From NCBI GenBank assembly GCA_048500355.1, contig JASNYD010000006.1:608211-665094 (forward strand): a stretch of 56,884 bases of DNA, read 5' to 3'. The notes below the pieces were generated by a model. The model ran no database searches. It worked only from the letters and a program-made list of their open reading frames with translations, and was not told where the DNA came from. This stretch comes from Kofleriaceae bacterium (GTDB lineage Bacteria; Myxococcota_A; Polyangia; Haliangiales; Haliangiaceae). Each line of letters opens with the position of its first letter. Position 1 is the first letter of the stretch. Made by a program: the position numbers and the translations under genes. Positions 53,999 through 56,884 of the stretch are shown piece after piece.

Positions 53999-54483
53999 CG
54001 CGGCGCCGTCGCGGCGAGCGCCAGCACCATGCGCAGCGCGCGCTGGCCGCCCGGGTAGGCGCCGAGGTCGCCGGGCGCGACCACGAAACCGGCGCTCCGG
54101 TAGAGCCGCTGGCCGATGACGTTGTCGTCGGCGACGGCCAGCCGGAGCTCGACCAGCCGCGCCGGCGCGACCCGCGGGCGCAGCGCCTCCGTCTCGGCGA
54201 TGGCGTGACCGAGCAGCGCGCGCCCCAGCCCGCGGGCGCGGTGGGCCGGCTCGACCGCCAGCGCCAGCAGATCGGTCACGACCTCACCGGGGTGGTCGCC
54301 CGCGAAGCAGCCCAGCACGACGAAGCCACGCCGGCCCTCCGCCGCCCCGGCCACCCAGGCCATGACGTGGGGCTGGTCGAGCCACGCCGGCAAGATCGCG
54401 GCGTAGTCGCCCAGCGCGGCGAACGCGCGCGCCCCCAGCCCGACCAGCCACGGCCGGTCGGCGGCGGTCGCCGGCCGGATCAC
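53947..54483 (-). CDS. GNAT-family N-acetyltransferase
   Basis: Acetyl-CoA-binding motif HRARGLGRALLGHAI with QRLYRSAGF. 3' ends converge and overlap the ABC1 gene by ~50 nt. Confidence 0.8.
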   Translation of the reverse strand: MIRPATAADRPWLVGLGARAFAALGDYAAILPAWLDQPHVMAWVAGAAEGRRGFVVLGCFAGDHPGEVVTDLLALAVEPAHRARGLGRALLGHAIAETEALRPRVAPARLVELRLAVADDNVIGQRLYRSAGFVVAPGDLGAYPGGQRALRMVLALAATAPRQDAVARAVAGGAAAVR

Positions 54484-54863
54484 CCGGCCTGGGCGCTGCC
54501 GGTCTTGGCCGGCTGGCCGGCGGTCTTGGCCGGCAGCGGCGCAGCGCGGTCCTGCCGGAGCGCGCTGGCCGCCAGCGGCGCGGCGCCGCCGTTGCCGCTG
54601 CTGGACGCCGCGACCGGGGCTCCGGAGGCGGCGACGTCGGCCCGCACCAGCTCGCGCATCGTGTACCGCCCGGGCGAGGTGCGCGCGAACCGCGAGGACT
54701 CACCCTTGCGCTTGATGTCGAGGGCGAGGTCGCGCGCCACCACGGTGTCGGGAGTCTTGGACTTGCTGGGCAGGCGGGCCCCCGCGCGCTGCACGATCTC
54801 GCGCACCGACATGGGCACCGCCGTCTCCCGCAGGATCTCCTCAACCACGGCTAACGTGCTCAT
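54480..54863 (-). CDS. Small winged-helix (HARE-HTH-like) protein
   Basis: The internal ATG (aa 47 of ORF 54480..55001) has a strong GGGGGAGGAAC RBS. MSTLAVVEEILRETAVPMSVREIVQRAG... resembles the N-terminal HTH of RNA-polymerase-associated HARE domains. Its stop overlaps the GNAT start (ATGA). Confidence 0.55.
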   Translation of the reverse strand: MSTLAVVEEILRETAVPMSVREIVQRAGARLPSKSKTPDTVVARDLALDIKRKGESSRFARTSPGRYTMRELVRADVAASGAPVAASSSGNGGAAPLAASALRQDRAAPLPAKTAGQPAKTGSAQAG

Positions 54864-55137
54864 CTGCGTTCCTCCCCCGGGCGGGACGACGTGCCGCTCG
54901 ACCGGTACAGCGCGCTCCGGCAGTGGCCATTTCCCCCGTGGCCTTGCATGACAGTTCCTCGTCGACGTCTCCCGGTGTCGCGACCTGGCGTCGTGAGCCA
55001 CCGAGGGACCTCATCCTAGCCAAGTCCCCCCCGTGAACCAGTCTTGACATCGTCGATTTTTCTCGTCGCCGCGGGCCGAGAAATGATCGGCGCGCCGCGG
55101 TTGCATTTTTCCTCCGGACTCACCAACCGGCGGCCGC

Positions 55138-55250
55138 GGCCGGGCGTGGTCCCGGGCGTGGTCCCGGGCGTGGTGCCCGGGCGTGGTGCCGGGCGTGGTC
55201 CCAGGCGTGGTGCCCGGGCGTGGTGCCGGGCGTGGTGCCGGGCGTGGTGG
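55138..55250. repeat. 14-15-bp tandem repeat x ~8 (ccgggcgtggt[g]c)
   Basis: An array immediately upstream of the RBS/ATG (55289) of the secreted-protein gene. A TTGCAT-containing AT-richer segment lies just 5' of it. Confidence 0.65.
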
Positions 55251-55288
55251 TAGATGATGGGCACGCGGAACGACCCGCGGGAGGGAAC

Positions 55289-56512
55289 ATGTACGCCGTC
55301 ATCATCGCCACGGTCCTCGCGCTCACCAGCTTCTCGATCAAGCCCAACCCCCGGGCGCCGACCGCGGCCGCCGTCCTCGAGCACGCCGTCGACGACGCCG
55401 ACCTCGTCGTCCACCTCGACGTCGCCGCCACCGTGGGCGCCAACTACGGCGTCCTCGCCAGCCTCCCCGAGGACGCCCTCGTCAAGCAGGTGCCGGAGCT
55501 GCGACAGCAGCTCACCCAGGCGGTGATGCAGCTCGAGAGCGGCCGCACCATGGCTCGCGCGATGCTCGGCTTCGACCCGGTCACCGCCCTCACCTCGGTC
55601 ACGGCCTTCGTGCGGATGCGCGAGGGCATGCCGCAGCCCGAGTTCCTCCTCGTGGTGCGCGGCACCCTCCCCGCCGACCTGCCGGCCAAGCTCGCCTCGT
55701 CGCTGGGCGGGCGCACCGGCAGCGTCGACGGCCGGACCACGGTGACCCTGCCCGACGGCACCGTGATGGGCACCTCCCGCAGCGGCGCGCTCCTCGTCGG
55801 CAAGGCCGAGTGGGTCAACGCCCGCGTCGCCAGCGCCTGGCGCGCCCCCGCCCACGCCAAGGGCTCGCCGTGGGGTCGCATCGGCAGCGCGCTCGACGGG
55901 CGACCCTTCTTCCTGGTCGCCTCCAAGGCGGCGCCGGCGCTGGTCGCGACCCTGGCCAAGGGCCTCGGCGACAACTTCGGGCGCGACCTCGTCGCCAACC
56001 ACAAGCTCGGCGTGCTCGCGGTCTCGGCCACCGGCGTGACCTGGATGTACGAGGCCAGCGACGCCGCCTTCGCCCGCCGCATGGAGAGCGCGTCGCTCGG
56101 CCTGCTCGAGCTCATGCGCGCCGCCCACCTCGCACCCCGCGGGATGGCGCAGGTCGCGGTCGCCGCCCTGCCCAGCTACGCCCGGCTCTCCAAGGATCTC
56201 GACGCCGTGATCGGCGCCCGCGACAAGCTGCTCGCCGCGGTCTGGGACCTGACCGGCGACGGCAAGTTCACCGCCCGCGTCCGCGTCGACGGCACGCTGG
56301 TGACCGCGACCGCCACCGGCAAGAAGCTGAGCGACGTCCTGCCCATCAGCTTCGTGGGCGGCCTCGCCGTCATCGGCTTCCTCGCCGACAGCGACGATCC
56401 CACGCCGGTGCCGCCCGCCAGCAAGCCCCCCGCGGTTCGTCCGGCCCCGCGGCCCGCTCCGGTGCCGCCGCGCAAGGGCACCAGCCTCGGCGCGCCGGTC
56501 AAGACCAGGTAG
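55289..56512 (+). CDS. Hypothetical secreted protein (signal peptide [16 protein letters not shown])
   Basis: The internal ATG (aa 24 of ORF 55220..56512) has a GGGAGGGAAC RBS. The upstream ORF portion is translation of a tandem repeat array. Confidence 0.65.
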   Translation: MYAVIIATVLALTSFSIKPNPRAPTAAAVLEHAVDDADLVVHLDVAATVGANYGVLASLPEDALVKQVPELRQQLTQAVMQLESGRTMARAMLGFDPVTALTSVTAFVRMREGMPQPEFLLVVRGTLPADLPAKLASSLGGRTGSVDGRTTVTLPDGTVMGTSRSGALLVGKAEWVNARVASAWRAPAHAKGSPWGRIGSALDGRPFFLVASKAAPALVATLAKGLGDNFGRDLVANHKLGVLAVSATGVTWMYEASDAAFARRMESASLGLLELMRAAHLAPRGMAQVAVAALPSYARLSKDLDAVIGARDKLLAAVWDLTGDGKFTARVRVDGTLVTATATGKKLSDVLPISFVGGLAVIGFLADSDDPTPVPPASKPPAVRPAPRPAPVPPRKGTSLGAPVKTR

Positions 56513-56519
56513 CTCGTTC

Positions 56520-56884
56520 GGACTCGACCTCGGGTTCGGGGCTGAATGACCCGCTGACCCTGCGCGAAGCCCCGAAGGGGCGGAGTCGAACGGGCTCGGG
56601 CTCGGACTCGGGCTCGGACTCGGACTCGGACTCGGACTCGGACTCGGGCTCGGGTTCGGGTTCGGACTCGGGTTCGGGTTCGGACTCGGGTTCGGGTTCG
56701 GGTTCGGGGCTGAATGACCCGCTCACCCTGAGCGAAGCCCCGAAGGGGCGGAGTCGAAGGGACTCGGGTTCGGGTTCGGGTTCGGGTTCGGGGCTGAATG
56801 ACCCGCTCACCCTGAGCGAAGCCCCGAAGGGGCGGAGTCGAAGGGACTCGGGCTCGGGTTCGGACTCGGGTTCGGGTTCGGACT
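56520..56884. repeat. Composite repeat: ~60-bp unit with hairpin core (gccccgaaggggc) x3, interleaved with (GGNTCG)n hexamer microsatellites; runs to the window end
   Basis: The unit gggttcggggctgaatgacccgct[g/c]accctg[c/a]gcgaagccccgaaggggcggagtcgaa occurs at ~56533, ~56699 and ~56786. Between copies are ggactc/gggctc/gggttc runs. Confidence 0.7.

Noticed and set aside
56499-56810. 103-aa minus-strand ORF rich in [12 protein letters not shown]
   Set aside because: It is a translation of the hexamer microsatellite and 60-bp repeat. It has no start context and is more likely a non-coding repeat element, though a repeat protein cannot be fully excluded.

Overview
This is a very GC-rich (~72-74%) chromosomal segment with third-codon-position GC near 90%. 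It looks Myxococcota-like, with many TPR and HEAT proteins, PilZ, zinc-ribbon and Pro-rich linkers, DUF4139, and a BatA-like double-TM protein. About 40 genes can be supported, and most long ORFs in the six-frame track are antisense or alternative-frame artefacts of the GC bias. The recognisable blocks are listed below.

- **Left end:** zinc-ribbon/TPR gene(s) plus a lipoprotein, a PilZ protein, and a HEAT-repeat protein.
- **Coordinates 6.4-11.2 kb:** double-AAA ATPase, ABC-2 exporter and a secreted beta-rich protein.
- **Coordinates 11.2-17.3 kb:** DUF4159, a BatA-like double-TM protein, and two proteins of unknown function.
- **Coordinates 17.5-18.8 kb:** a low-GC (~59%) island with an IS200/RAYT-like HuH transposase-like gene next to REP-like palindromes.
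- **Efflux locus:** a TetR regulator divergent from a TolC-like OMF, periplasmic adaptor and AcrB-like RND pump.
- **Signalling operon (minus strand):** HAMP-PP2C phosphatase, secreted TPR, PhnD-like binding protein, STAS+zinc-ribbon protein, PAS histidine kinase and receiver.
- **Second copy of the pairing:** a standalone PAS protein convergent with a membrane-anchored STAS+zinc-ribbon protein.
- **Giant TPR and kinase-like gene:** a 2143-aa TPR protein divergent from an RsbW-like GHKL protein with a pseudo-receiver.
- **Right part:** an ABC exporter with two tandem DUF4139 (TIGR02231-like) genes, divergent from a 1310-aa P-loop NTPase-TM-HEAT protein.
- **Right end:** queF, an RHH protein, an ABC1/UbiB kinase, a GNAT, a winged-helix protein and a secreted protein.

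The most interesting signal is a dispersed, cysteine-rich partner-switching-like set. It comprises the PP2C phosphatase, two STAS+zinc-ribbon paralogues each paired with a 4-Cys PAS domain, and the RsbW-like kinase with pseudo-receiver. Beyond that there are several repeat arrays and palindromes in regulatory positions. No rRNA, tRNA or CRISPR was found. Coordinates I derived from the sequence text, mainly repeats and palindromes, may be off by 1-3 nt; CDS ends follow the ORF track.
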